Shown here piece by piece: positions 14,181 to 27,162 of a DNA stretch of 64,000 nt. Location: the NCBI RefSeq assembly GCF_037042905.1, contig NC_087258.1:8122001-8186000 (forward strand). Direction: 5' to 3'. The position numbers and the translations under genes are program-made. The stretch's first letter is position 1. Each line of letters opens with the position of its first letter. The stretch comes from Lytechinus pictus (lineage: Eukaryota). The notes beneath the pieces were generated by a model. The model saw nothing but the letters and a program-made list of their open reading frames with translations, was not told where the DNA came from and searched no databases.

Positions 14181-16694
14181 GTGTTCAGGGGGTTTCACAC
14201 CGGGATGTGCGTAGAGTTGCGTAGAGACTACGCAACACTATGCCGCCGTTCGTTTTGCCCAAGCAACTCTACGCAGAATGGGTACGCGGGGGCGCAAAAA
14301 ATAAAAAAGTTATTTTTTGCGCACTCTTGGCGTAGAACCAGGTCTACGCAAGCCTACGCAACTGTCCGCCACTTTTACGCAACACTACGTAACTGTACAC
14401 CGCTCCTACGCAACACTACGCCAAAATGATATTTCTCACTTCCTCACTTGTAAAAACTTGCGCATTGAATGAAAATAATTACATGTAAATAAATAGAGTA
14501 AGATTCACTGAGGAAAATGCAGAAATTTTGATTGAAAAAATAGCAATATTTTGCAAAAACAGTTATATGCACTTTGTCATGATTATTGATTAGGCGGGCT
14601 GATGATTAAATATCCCCACTTTCTTTTTGCTTGTCATTACATGATATCATAATCATTCCATATTTTCATACATGTGTGTACGATCTGGACATAGTAACTT
14701 GGACATAAGGGTATTAAAGTATTACTAAATGTAGCCCGAGTTTCAGATTACATAACCGGGATCAAAAGACATTTAAGGTCAATGAACTTTTGCCATTTTG
14801 GGGGAATCGACATCGAAATTTTAACCAAGGTTAAGTTTGTCAAATGTCTGCATTTAGATAATTTGCTCCAAAAAATTTCAGCTCGCGCTTCGCGCTCGCA
14901 TTATTTGATCATTGAGATACAAATCCGTTTAATGACACTGTCCCTAAAATATTTCTATTATGTCAGTTTACCTGGCAACTGAGCGCGCTTCGCGCGCTCA
15001 CTAAGTGACTCAAAATTCTTGCTAGTACCCCCCCCCCCCAATGCTGTGACCCACGGTACGCCACAGCTTGATGCCGCAGTAAATCTAAATTCCAACATGA
15101 TGAAGTTGTTTGGTTGAGTCAGATAATCAACTTAGTGCTAAGTTCCGAAACCCCCAAATCAAAATTTTCTTAATTGCTATTAACCCTTTTATTGAAGGGC
15201 AAATTTGATCAGATTTGAGTTCTGCACATTGGTAACACAGGCATTTTCTTTCTTTGCTACACACGTTCAACAAAATTAATGTCTCTAAAACTCCTTTACA
15301 AATAAATTAACTTAATTTATATTTAGTATTATGTTCGCCAATTCATATGTGAAACTTTATTTATGTGTGATGAACAAAATACAAATGTAGTATGACTGCC
15401 TACTGAATCATCGTGTTCTAATACATTTTTCCATTTCATAGTTAGATTCGGATTTTACTCTGTAATGATAATTGAATTTCTTTCTCCCGTTCAACCCAAG
15501 ATTCTTAACTTAATTGAACCTCCTATCTAAATTAATTGAAAGAGAAGTCTGCTATGAATCAGTTGTTTACATATATTTAATCAATAAACTGCTTGGCTTT
15601 CAGTGTGAATAGGCAGTCTAGCTGTACATACATGTCACCCCCCCCCCCCACACACACACACACACACACCTTGATAAAGAAAAATAATATACCCCCTGTG
15701 CTGCCACGGGTAATTGCTGTTAGTATTTATAAGAAACTTAATACTTTTCTTTCTTGTATCTACATGACAAAATATTTCGTTCTTGTACCTTAACAAATTT
15801 AATTTACAAAACGTTAAAGCAAGTCAAATGTACGAAACTCCAGGTAACACTCACTGTTTCTCCTCTCTCTGCCCACATCCTTCCTCTCTCCCTATCTACC
15901 CCCCCCCCTCTCTCTCTCTCTCTCTCTCCATCACTTTCCTCTTCCTCCCCCCCCCCCCTCCCCTCCTTCATCACTGATTCGGCAAAGCGTTCTGCAAAAT
16001 TTCAGCGTTTTTTTCTTGCATATCAATACAATTTCATATCTGACCGTTTTCTAACGAGGATATAAGACTACCGCACCCAATAATAGTCAGCCACTGTAGC
16101 TAATTTTACCACCTGTTAACAGGTGTTTTATTGACATGAATTATTTATAACAAAATATACATCTAGAAAAAATAAAAACATTTTATTATTAACAATAGAA
16201 ATACAATGATTTTTATACTATTGCATTGTAAATCAAGTTATATTCATACAAACTTTCATATCATTTTTATCATTAATATCTTTTGTCATGATCACATGGA
16301 CAATATTATTCTTGGCCTTTTTGATCAGGAAGCAATTGGGAAATTAATGCAAATTTTGGTCAATCACTAGTGACCAATTACTCTTGAAAAGAGGAGAAAG
16401 CTGTTAACTTTGAATAATTTTATTATAAGTTGTAGTACGGAAGTTGGAAAACGGAAAACCATTCATCATGCTTTCTCTTCCTGAGAATGAGTCGCCATAA
16501 CGCAACCATGGCTATACCACCATGCCATATATTTAAGATAAGTCAATGACATCTAAGCTATAGTTAGTCCTGTTAGTACCTCAGACTTCTTAGATCTTCT
16601 TTATTCGAATTTGTCTACCGATTGGTCGGTAAACAAATATCATCAAGGGATATATGGCCAAGCTACGTCCTTGAACATAACAGATGAGGCCATC

Positions 16695-19600
16695 TTAATA
16701 TGAAAAGTCAATATATTGGGACTGGATAACTGCATAATAGACTATGACAATCACCAGAAAAATAGATCCAATAATGAGACCGCTCAAGGACCATCTGAAT
16801 GCACTCTGAGCAGCCTCTCTGGCGCCCTCATCGTCTCCTATGTTGCGCCTGTTTCTCGCCTGGATAAAAATGAATGATAAAAGGTAGATTTATTTCCAGT
16901 AATATGATTTGATAAACGAATGAGTGAATACAAAAGCAAGAAACTGAATACATCAATCAATGAACTTAGTTGATTTTTTTCATGATGCACGAATGAACTT
17001 AATAATCAGTAAATATGGTAAATGGCATGTATATGACAAAAAAATATGTGTCTTAAATAAATCGTGACATGGAAAGGGAGGATGAATAAATAAGAGAGAA
17101 AGGAGAGGAGAAAGGAAATTAAAAAAAATTATAAAAGAAACACAGAAAGGGACGTATTGAATGACAAACATAAGTTAGAGCGAAAGAAAATTATAAGTCA
17201 GAAAAAAATGGAACCAGTGGGACTGAACCTGCCATCTTTACTGCTTTCCGGACAGCGACTTTCATTACAGATCGAGCATGCGATTCTACACACATAGGAG
17301 TAATGCCGAAAATTTGTTTACAAATTAAAATTTCCTCCTATTAAAGCCTCTTTATTTACTAATCTTTGTCCACGGCTGACTGCATTTGCATATTAATGAG
17401 TCAGAAAGAAGAGGACGAGGGTCTTTGAATTCCAGCTCATCGTGACTAGTAGCCGTGAACCAGAATAGCCTGGTGGTTAAGTCGCTGCCAAGAAAGCATT
17501 AGATGGCAGGTTCGAATCCCACTGCTTCCATTTTTTCTGACTTATAATTTTCATTACAGATCGAGCATGCGCTCTTAAATACTTAAAAGTAATGTCGAAA
17601 ATGTGTTTACAAATTATCACCATCATTATTATCAACATCATTATCATCGTCATCACCATCATCATCATGATCATCATTAACATCATCCTCATCATCATCA
17701 TCTTCATCATAACTATGATCATCGCAATCTTCTTCCTCCTCCTCCTCCTCATCATCAGCACCATCATCCTTGATAGCACTTACCTCAGATGCTTTGACGA
17801 TCCCAACAATGCCCAATGGTACGCAGAACAAGATTGTGACGATGACAGCAAATACAGTATAATCTCGAATAGGTTGCTGCGAGGGAGCCTGTCTGACAAT
17901 TCCCTGGTTATGTGGAACATTCTAAATGGGATGAGGGAAAGATGGTGGTGCCATAAGTTTTGCCATTAATAAAAATAATAATATTAATAACAATATGTCC
18001 ATTTATATAGCGCAGTTACTATGTGCATACTCAACTGCGCTTTGATACTTGGTATCGTATTATTACACCGGCTTTAGCTCAGCCGCCATATTAATAGGCG
18101 CTAAAGCGTTCAAGGAAAAATCCTACCGGGTACCCATTCACCTCACCTGGGTCGAGTGCAGCACAATGTGGATAAATTACTCCATGGCTGGGATTAGAAC
18201 CCACGACCCTCTGTTTCAAAGTCCGGAGACTAATCCACTGGGCCACAACGCTCCATATTCAAAATTTAGTTCCTTTTTTTCTTTATCTTCTTTTGCAAAG
18301 GATATTTTGTTTTAGAAAATAACATTTGGTGAGCAAAATAGGATCCCGTTACATAAACAAGACTTATGATTATGGCAATTGTGCCATTATCATGGTAACT
18401 ACCATGAAAAATTGTGGTTTTAAATAGCTTTTGGCAATTTTTTTTCAGCAGGACTTTTTAAGCAACGAGGGCGGTGGTATTATTTTAGCGTGTATTAAAC
18501 GTTTATGATGTGAATTTTATATATCAGCAAGGTCTAGCTTAACACAGCAAAAACTGTGGTGTTAACCGGTGTACATAGAGGACCACACCAGTTATTTTAC
18601 ACCGGTGTTAAATTGATGGTGTTAGTTTCACACCTATAGGTGTTATTACAACACCTTTGGTTGTTATATTTACACTCTTCGGTGTTACGTTCAATCTCTA
18701 GGGTGTAATTTTAACACCTCGGGGTGTGGTCCTCTATTAACACTAACTGGTGTCAGTTTTAACACCACAGTTTTTACAGTTAATTATCATAGAGCTAAAG
18801 CATTGTAAAGTGAAATAAATTGAATTAACATAATTTACTTACGCTAGAAGTTGCAACAACAGTTATCCATAAAAAGATTATTACATTAGTTTAGCATTGT
18901 AATTTAAAAACAAAATGGAATAACAACAAAGAAAATGTACCTAAAATGAAAATAAATAAACATTCATATCATTTTGGATTACATTGAGAAAGAAGGAGAG
19001 AGTGTTATGAACACAGAGTTCTGTTCTTATTATAAACGGTATTGTATAAAAAGATTACTATTTTTAAGTAAACGGTAAATGTGGGCATTAAGATGCTATC
19101 CACCTTGCTTGATATAAAGTTCTTGTCGAAACCATGCATGTATCATTATCATCTTGTTCTCTGACATATTAAGGAAATTTAGTAAAAACAAAAAGTTGAA
19201 GAATCAATCTTATGAAATAGGTCTGCTATTAGTGGCCTCTGTTTTCGAAATTCTTTCAAATTTAGCAAAGGGACAAACTATAAACAGCATTTTATATGAG
19301 GTAATTTATGCAGTTTGGCAACAGTAAATTGTACACGTTCACTGAATACAGGATGTATTCAGTAGAAAATGTTTTCAGAGCGTCAGCAAGCGATTTTATT
19401 AACACAAATAAAGCCCTAATTCAAATGAGATTAAGGAATTCATGACGATTGAAATATGAGATATTCCAACTTACGTGATTCACTACAACAGTTGTGGGCT
19501 GTGCGGTATCGACTGGTTGGTAAGAAGGCGGGGCTCCGGGAGTGACGTAATTCTGTTGTGGAGGGTAGCCAGAATAAACTGGGTATCCATTACCGGTAAC

Positions 19601-19934
19601 GGTCATTTTCGTTTCGTTTGTCATGTTTACTTCCGTGGCTGTAAAATATGAAATATTGTAATATGCGTCACTTTTTATGGCATTTATGGCAAAATATGAC
19701 TTGAGATCAAACTGATTGCACATGTTGAACAGAATACAAATAAGAATATGGAAACGATTTGAAAATATAGGATGGATAACAAGACACAACTAAGAGCTAT
19801 ATTAATCAAAGTTCTGAATCAAAATAAATGAATTAAAATTAATCTAAATCTAACTCTAAGACTCGATCTTTCATCAAGTTCATATGTTTCATGTTCTCAG
19901 TTAGGTGGAATTCCTTTCCCCAATATTGTCGTTT

Positions 19935-19974
<40 letters not shown>

Positions 19975-20790
19975 ACACGTTACAAAATAAGTTATAATCA
20001 AACAAAGAAGAAGGTTCTATTGAGAAAAAAATAATAAGTGATCATGGCTGAAAAAGTATTCTGCAAGATCAAGCATTATAGGTAAGAAGACATAATAAAA
20101 TACATAAAAAGTGTTAATATTAATTGAGTCATTATCATCCCTATATTTAATGTTGTCATTATCAGTATTATTATTTAATTGATATCATTACCAGCTGTTA
20201 TCATTTCAAAGTCATTATAATTTTCTTGATTAATTAAACACAAATTTCACAAATATCCATCAGGTAAGAAGAAAAGCGTGAACATTTATAAGCAAATAAA
20301 ATCCGCAGAAGTTGAATTTATTGCTTAGCTACTTCAGTAAACTGTGACCTGGCTGTACTGCGTTGACAGGTCGTGAAAAAAGTATGTGACATGAAATGCT
20401 TTTACGTTATTGAACCTAAATCAAGTTGAAACTTAAAATAATCAAGGTAAACATGGTAAAGCAGTTGAATATTTATTAAGAAACCACAGTTCCTTCAAAT
20501 ACAATTGTTCTTGAAACCGGGTATATGGAAGTGATATAATGAATGATATGTGAATAAATTGAAACACAAAGAAGCAATTTAATTGATTAATCAATTAGCT
20601 GAATTAGGAACCAAACTCTGTAAGTCACATTATCTCAATGGTTTATCATTCTCACTTATATCAACAAGAGTAATCTTTAAAATGTTTTTTTTTTAATACG
20701 AAAACGATACATTGATCCAAAATTAACATGGCTAAATAAAAAATCTGTCGCAATAACAAAAAATTCAAAGTCTATCTACTTACTGGCCAT
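16695..20790 (-). CDS. CD225/dispanin (IFITM/PRRT1-like) membrane protein, paralog B, complete, 151 aa
   Basis: Exons 20784-20790, 19475-19638, 17784-17903, 16695-16859 (456 nt, in frame, ends TAA). Pro/Tyr-rich N-terminus with PPSY; IRDYTVFAVIVTILFCVPLGIVGIVKASE; ARNRRNIGDDEGAREAAQSAFRWS (GxxxG loop); C-terminal TM helix LSGLIIGSIFLVIVIVYYAVI. Confidence 0.9.
17968..18254 (-). mobile_element. tRNA-derived SINE
   Basis: Minus-strand head GGAGCGTTGTGGCCCAGTGG...GGGTTCTAATCC (A/B boxes), core GACCCAGGTGAGGTGAATGGGTACC, (TAT)n tail. Absent from the homologous intron of paralog A. Confidence 0.8.
18543..18780. mobile_element. ~240-bp palindromic MITE, same family as 12060-12298
   Basis: Sequence identity with 12060-12298. 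Empty site CTAGCTAATT in paralog A at ~1167. Confidence 0.8.
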
Positions 20791-20859
20791 TCTGAAAATA
20801 TAACAATCTTTTTTTTAACTCCCTAAAGAAACACCCGCACTTTCGGATTGATCTTCTAA

Positions 20860-21088
20860 AGTGAATGAAAAACCGTTGAAGGTATTTTAATTTATAAACA
20901 TTTTTGTTCATTCTCACTTGCATTATCTCCATAATTACATTCTTCCGTGGACTCATGTCGTCATGGATATCTAAATCGCAAGTAAAATTTCTGAAAACTT
21001 CCCATTCCTAAATTTCCGGGAAACAGGAAGAGAACTCTTGGATGGCAATGATGACAAAATCTGGCACAATTTCAAATAGGAGTCACAT
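20860..21088 (-). promoter_or_regulatory. Putative promoter of dispanin paralog B with TATA, Inr and a GAS/STAT consensus site
   Basis: Minus-strand TATAAA at 20891-20896; Inr-like TCATTC/TCACTT at ~20862-20866; TTCCGGGAA at 21014-21022. Confidence 0.5.
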
Positions 21089-21683
21089 GCAGCAATCCGT
21101 GTTCGTGTACTGTCAACTAGGTCATGGCATATGAAGTCTTATCCGGTTCAGCTAAAATGATAACTTGGCGAAGGTCCAGGGGGCACATGGGCATATGCAG
21201 CCCCCCCCCCCCCCCCCCGCCTCACATTGGCTCAAGTTCACAGAATTACCGTTAGCCATCCTGTGATGAGTGGTGTACCCCCACTTTAAAAAAAAAATGC
21301 ACAGTGATCTATTAAATGTCTAACCCTTTCTTAAAAAGAAATAAATAAATCGAGACATAATCCTGTAACATTTCGACTTCACTCATTGAATAACAAAGCA
21401 GTATACAGTATATTGTATATAAAAGTATATATTGTATATAAAATATTTGAATTGTAATTGCGATTTGGATACCCCCCCCCCCCCCCCCTCATTCCGAAAA
21501 AAAAATGTTCCGTTTCCTCTCCGAGTCAAATATACATCTGCAAATAATTTTTCGTAGGCAAGGTCTCACAATACCAGATTTCAGCACAACCTGATTACCC
21601 AAGTCATACCGTGTTATATATACACTTAACATAGTCGGGCAAAAAATAAAAATGCCGAACTTTGAACCAACCCTGGGCAATAT

Positions 21684-24112
21684 ACTTCTTCTTCTTCCTC
21701 TGGAAACAGTACAGTCCACCGTCTGGTGTATTGTCGTACTGGTGAAGTGCAGCGTGCAAGTGTATGTACATTATCCGATAAAAAATTGCTTACAGCGTGC
21801 AAGTAAAAACAACCAACGTTATTAACGGAGCTGGGTCTTTTGTACCTCTTGTTTAAAGATGTGTAGAGAGGTACAATTAACTGTGCTGTTGGGGAGGAAG
21901 TTCAAAAGTCTTATCGAATCTGGGAAGAAGCCCCGGGAAGAAGCTCCTCTGGTAGACAAGTGTTCTGGCAAAGGTAACAAAGATCTTTTGAGAATGACCT
22001 CTATGCATGGATGTGGATGGAGTGAGGAAGGTAGGTGGGATGTCAATGAGTGAGTTGGTAATACAGTAGATCATCACCAACTTGGCCTGTGCCCTACGCT
22101 CTTGTAAAGTTGGCCATTTGAGCTGGTTCAGCATGGCTGCTACACTTCTTGTTCTACAGTGATCATTACAGACGAAGCGTGCATAGCGTCGCTGCACCAT
22201 TTCAAGCTTTTTCATATTTGCTTGCGTGTGAGGGTCCCATATTATGCTGGCATACTCCATGATTGGTTGCAGGATATCTTTGTAGCACAGTTCCTTGACC
22301 TTTCTTGGACATGGCCGGATATCTCTCTGGAGGAAGGCACGTGTGGAGTTGGCCTTTTTGGTTACAGCATTTATATGTTGATTCTAGCTGAGGTTCCTCT
22401 GCAGCTCAACTCCAAGATACTTCGCTGTACTTTTATCAGATATAGTCTGTCCATGGATGAAGTAAGGCTTGATGATAGGTTTGCGCTTATTTGTGACATG
22501 AAGTACTTGACACTTCTGTGGATTGAATTCCATCAGCCAATCATGCTCCCATCGTTGCAAGGAGTCAAGGTCCTCTTGGAGATGAATGGCATCTTCTGTC
22601 TTGACGTTGGCATAAACCATGCAATCATCAGCAAAGAGCCTTACTGTTGAGTTGTTGGAGAGATACTCTGGCAGGTCATTGATGAAGATGAGAAAGAGCA
22701 TTGGCCCGAGGACACTGCCTTGCGGAACGCCTGATGTTACTTGGCTGGTGTTGGAGATGGATCCGTCCAGTACAACGCGTTGGGTCCTATTACTCAGAAA
22801 GTCAGCTATCCAATGGTGAGTGTGATCTCGGATTCCATGAAATTGAAGCTTGTGTAACAGGCGTCCATGCGGTACTTTGTCAAATGCTTTAGAGAAGTCA
22901 AGGAGTATCATATCCAGTTGACCCTTGTCATCAATGGTTCTAGCAACATCTTGAACGGCAAGAATCAGCTGAGAAACACAGGATCGTTTCTTGCGAAAAC
23001 CGTGTTGAGCATCAGACAATACATTGTGGTCTTCAAGGTGGGTCATGACGCCACTAAAAACGATGTGCTCTAGAATCATACAGGTCACAGATGTCAGAGA
23101 GATAGGCCTGTAGTTCTCTGGTTTACTACGGTCGCCTTTCTTGAAGATGGGGACAATGTTAGCCGTCTTCCATTCAGCAGGGATGATACCTTGATCTAGG
23201 GAGGCTTGAAAGAATATGGAGAATATTGGTGTCAATTCGGTGGCAAGTCCCCTTAAAAGTCTGGCAGGAATTTCGTCAGGACCAGATGCCTTATAAGATA
23301 TCAAGCTCAGACAGAATCTTATGGACCCCTGGGGGAGAGATGATTATGATCCATTGATGGGTAAGGACTAGGCCCTTTGTCTCTCAGGCTGGTCATATCT
23401 TCATCATGGTTGAATACCGATGAGAATTGTTGGCTTAAAATGTTGGCCTTAGAGAGACTGTCAGCAGTAGTCAGACCATCATGAGACTTTAATGGTGCTA
23501 CACCTGAGGCATCATGGCGCTTGCTGTTTACAAAACTCCAGAAACGCTTTGGATTACTTGTGGTGTCTGGACTGACAGTATCTGTCAAGTACTTGATGTA
23601 AGCTTGTTTGCAGGCAATTCTGGAATGTCTCTTGACCTGCTGGTACTTCTCAAAGTCAGCTTGGTCATTGCTGGTCTTCGCTCTGTTATAGTACATTTTT
23701 TTCTTTCTTGAGAGCCGTTTGACAGAGCGAGTTATCCAGGGCTGGTTGTATCTAGTTGATGACATCTTTGAAGGTACATGCTTATCCAGCAGCTTTGTCA
23801 GATTTGTTTTTATGTCAAGCCACATGTCTTGTACAGAGCTAGAAGTACAGTATTGACCAGTAAAGCTGTTCTGGAATAGGCAATCCTTCTTCAGGTTCTC
23901 TTAGTCTGCCTGCTTCCAAAGGTAGATCTTTCTCTTCACGGGTTTGCGTCTGCTAGCTTTAATAGAGGACACCACATACACAATATCGTGATCACCAATT
24001 CCAGGAAGGGGAGAACACTTGTCAACAAGGGTAGGTCTATTCGTAAAGAAGAGGTCAAGAAAACTGTTCTGCCTTGTTGGAAAATCTACAATTTGTTCAA
24101 GCCCACACAACT
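21684..24112 (-). mobile_element. 5'-truncated, frameshifted CR1/L2-group (jockey-like RT) LINE
   Basis: APE end LDLFFTNRP...GDHDIV; RT KASGPDEIP, NYRPISLTS, LDFSKAFDKVPH, GVPQGSVLGP, LFADD; broken into five or more ORFs; (GAA)n 3' tail near 21685. Confidence 0.92.
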
Positions 24113-24282
24113 AGTGGTTAAAATCTGTCCAAATTGGGTAATAAATACTAATAATTGGGTAATAAATTTGCTTAAAGTGATAATAATTGCCCGGACTATA
24201 TATATTTTTTAACCAACATTTTAAGTGTGTAATCAAAATGCCAAGTTTCCCTATTTTGCCCCCATGGTCTATCACTCACATA

Positions 24283-24956
24283 CACGGTAAAAACGCTGTT
24301 TAAGATTTTATACAACGCTGTTTACTATATAAACCTTACAGTATTTGTTCAACCGTTTAAACAATCATGTTTAATTTATTGAAGATTAGATATTGAAAAT
24401 TAATCTTTGTTGCTTAAGATTTAAACACTTGTTTAAACTGTTTAAACAATTACTTTAAAGCGACCTTTAATTGACAAATCATGGGGAAATCAAGGCTAAT
24501 CTCGGAACAGAGAAGGGATTCAAGTCTTTCACTCGGCCGCATGCCTGGGGGTGTTATGTAATAGACGCCGGCATGTCTGGGAGGTCTATAGGAGAGCAAT
24601 TAGTTAGTAGACTAACCAACCAGAAGTAAACTGCGTGTTTTCACTTTTGAAACATGTAACTTCACAGAGGTTATTTATTTTGGTTTAGCAATCAAGAGAC
24701 ATGCTATGAGTCTAGGAATTGGGATTTTTGGAAACTGGAACTGCGATGATCCGAAGTAAATAACCATTAAGAGTTCGGTCAAATTCGTGCTGTACGAACT
24801 TTTATCGCATTAGTCCGACGGGCGCTCATGACGGACAGATTATATTATGCAAGTCAATTGGCCTTTTGCAAATTTCAATTTCCCCATGATTTGTCAGTGG
24901 CTGGGCCCTTTAAGGTTCATATAGTAAACAGCGTTGTATAATTTTTTTTTACTGTG
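24283..24956. mobile_element. TA-flanked MITE containing a nested TTAA-flanked element (24459-24909)
   Basis: Outer TA|CACGGTAAAAA...TTTTTACTGTG|TA. Inner TTAA|AG...TGACAAATCATGGGGAAAT / ATTTCCCCATGATTTGTCA...CT|TTAA. Confidence 0.7.
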
Positions 24957-26036
24957 TACAACTATTTCACGGATGAGGTTACAGAACCCAGCCACTAAAG
25001 CTCGCGAGTCGCTCTTTTTTTTTTGGGGGGGGGGGTTGATGGGGGCTATACATGTGATTTTTATTCCTCTTGCCAACACCCCACCTCCCCTGCCCCAAAA
25101 CATCTGATAAGATTTTTTTTTCTTCCCATCGATTTCTCCCCCGTACACATGGTACATACATGTAAATCATGGTTCCATGCACTTCGGACCTCAAGTGGTT
25201 TTAAAAGACATTTCATATAGTATCCCATCTTTGGAATGCACCGAACCACCCGGACTTTCATTATTACATCCGATCTTCAAACTATCGTCTTATCCGTCCA
25301 ATGAAGCGGATTTTGAAGGTGGAAGAAATAACAGCTCAATAGAGTCCTCGATCAGATCTGTCTATAGGTCAATAACGTTGTTTTTATCGGAAGACGAAAA
25401 ATCAGACAAGTACATGGGTGAAAGAAAGCTTTGACAAAATCAGACAAACTAGGGGAATGTTATGATTTTTTTTAAGTTGTAAATAAAAATAATGGTAATC
25501 GCTATACCCATGGAGACTTCAAATTTGCCGTAAAAGGTGATGTCATAAAGTGACGTAAGGACTACTCTCCAATTTACGATTTCATTTTTTTTCTTCAATG
25601 AAGATATAAAGCATTATGCTACATTGGTTGGATTACTGCCCCGGGAAATAGGTACTTAAGAGAAAACCACAAATCCTTTATATATTAAGTACATGTTCTA
25701 TGGGAACGTTGTCCTTCCCACTTGTCATAATTTACTTACCCAGTTGCCAATTTTACACTTACATAGTTTCAGGGATCTCAATTTCAAAATAGTCATAACT
25801 ATCATACAAATTGCGTTGAGGGGCAGTTTCAATTTTTGCGACGGGGCTAAAAGTCTCTTCCAAAACAACAAGCGTCGTAGAAGTCTGTTTCAGTCAATTG
25901 AGCGAAAAGTGTCTATTGATAAGTTTACATCGCCAACGCCGGTGTTAAACTATTGATGGTGTCGGTCAGTACTGTTTGTAGATCAACATACATTGGGCTA
26001 TTCACATAATCCATCATGTCCATGGTGTATACTTAA

Positions 26037-26624
26037 AGGACAAGTCCACCCCAGGAAAATGTTGACGTGAATAAATAGAGAAAAATCAAACTAGCATAGT
26101 GCTGAAAATTTCATAAAAATCGGATGTAAAATAAGAAAGTTATGACATTTTAAAGTTTCGCTTATTTTTCACAAAACAGTGACTATGCACGACTATGTGA
26201 GTCAGTCGATGATGTTCATCACTCACTATTTCTTTTGTTTTTTATTGTTTGAATTATACAATATGTCATTTTTTATAGATTTCACAATGAGGACCAACTT
26301 GACTGAACCATATAGTATTAAACAATGCTAATTCCACATGTTCAGGGAGGAATTAATCGTTGTATCACTTGACAATGAGGAGAAAATTAGAATTATATTT
26401 CATATAAAAAAATACAAAATAAATAGTGAGTTGATGACGTCATAGTCTCCTCGTTTGCATACCAGCCAGGATGTGCATATAACTGTTTTGTGAAATTAAG
26501 CGAAATTTTAAAATGTCATAATTTTCTTATTTTACATCCGATTTTGATGACATTTTCAGTGTTATGCTTGTTGGATTTTTATCTTTTTATTCAAATCAAC
26601 TTTTTGTTGGGATGGACTTGTCCT
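26037..26624. mobile_element. Kolobok-like MITE with intact TTAA TSD
   Basis: TTAA|AGGACAAGTCCA...TGGACTTGTCCT|TTAA. Confidence 0.85.
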
Positions 26625-26964
26625 TTAAAACGCGTTAGGCTGTGGTCCTATTAGAACACTGACAGATATTGTTCGTAACACCATACTTTATATAGTCTAG
26701 AATGGGAGTTTTTATAGGGAATTGCGTTCAGTAATAATGTGAAGATAATGATAGAGTAGCAGATTTTTCATATTATCAATATAAATTATATTGATTATTT
26801 TGTTCGAAGCGCTATAGGATACTGAGATGATAATTTGATGGCGATGTACGTGATATCAGGAGAGTGAGAGACAATTGGATAGGCATGATAGGGGAGGGAG
26901 GGAGAGAGAGTGAGAGGAGATGAAGAGAGGGGGGAGAAGTGAGAGTAAAAGAAAAACCGAAGTA

Positions 26965-27162
26965 GCGACACGACATTTGCTCCGGCGACAATTGCTCCTG
27001 ACTTTATTTCGTCTAAGATATAGGGTTAGGGTTGCAATATGGTATTACGTTAGGTTTGGTGTTAGGTTTGAGATGGGGTGGGACGAAGGGATGAAGTTGG
27101 TCATTCCATTAGTGTGTGGAATTTGCAGCAGAGCAATTGTCGCCAGAACAAATGTCATGAAA
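26965..27162. mobile_element. Small MITE with internal TTAGGG-like repeats
   Basis: Ends GACATTTGCTCCGGCGACAATTGCTC / GAGCAATTGTCGCCAGAACAAATGTC; internal TAGGGTTAGGGTT. Confidence 0.6.

Noticed and set aside
17440-17540. Possible tRNA gene
   Set aside because: A- and B-box-like motifs are present, but I could not build a convincing cloverleaf; more likely SINE-derived.
21822-24110. Active or domesticated reverse transcriptase, and the antisense ORFs (e.g. 22159-22650)
   Set aside because: The element has several frameshifts and stops and a truncated endonuclease; the antisense ORFs are shadows of it.
27020-27070. Interstitial telomere
   Set aside because: Only 2-3 degenerate TTAGGG-like units, internal to a small MITE.
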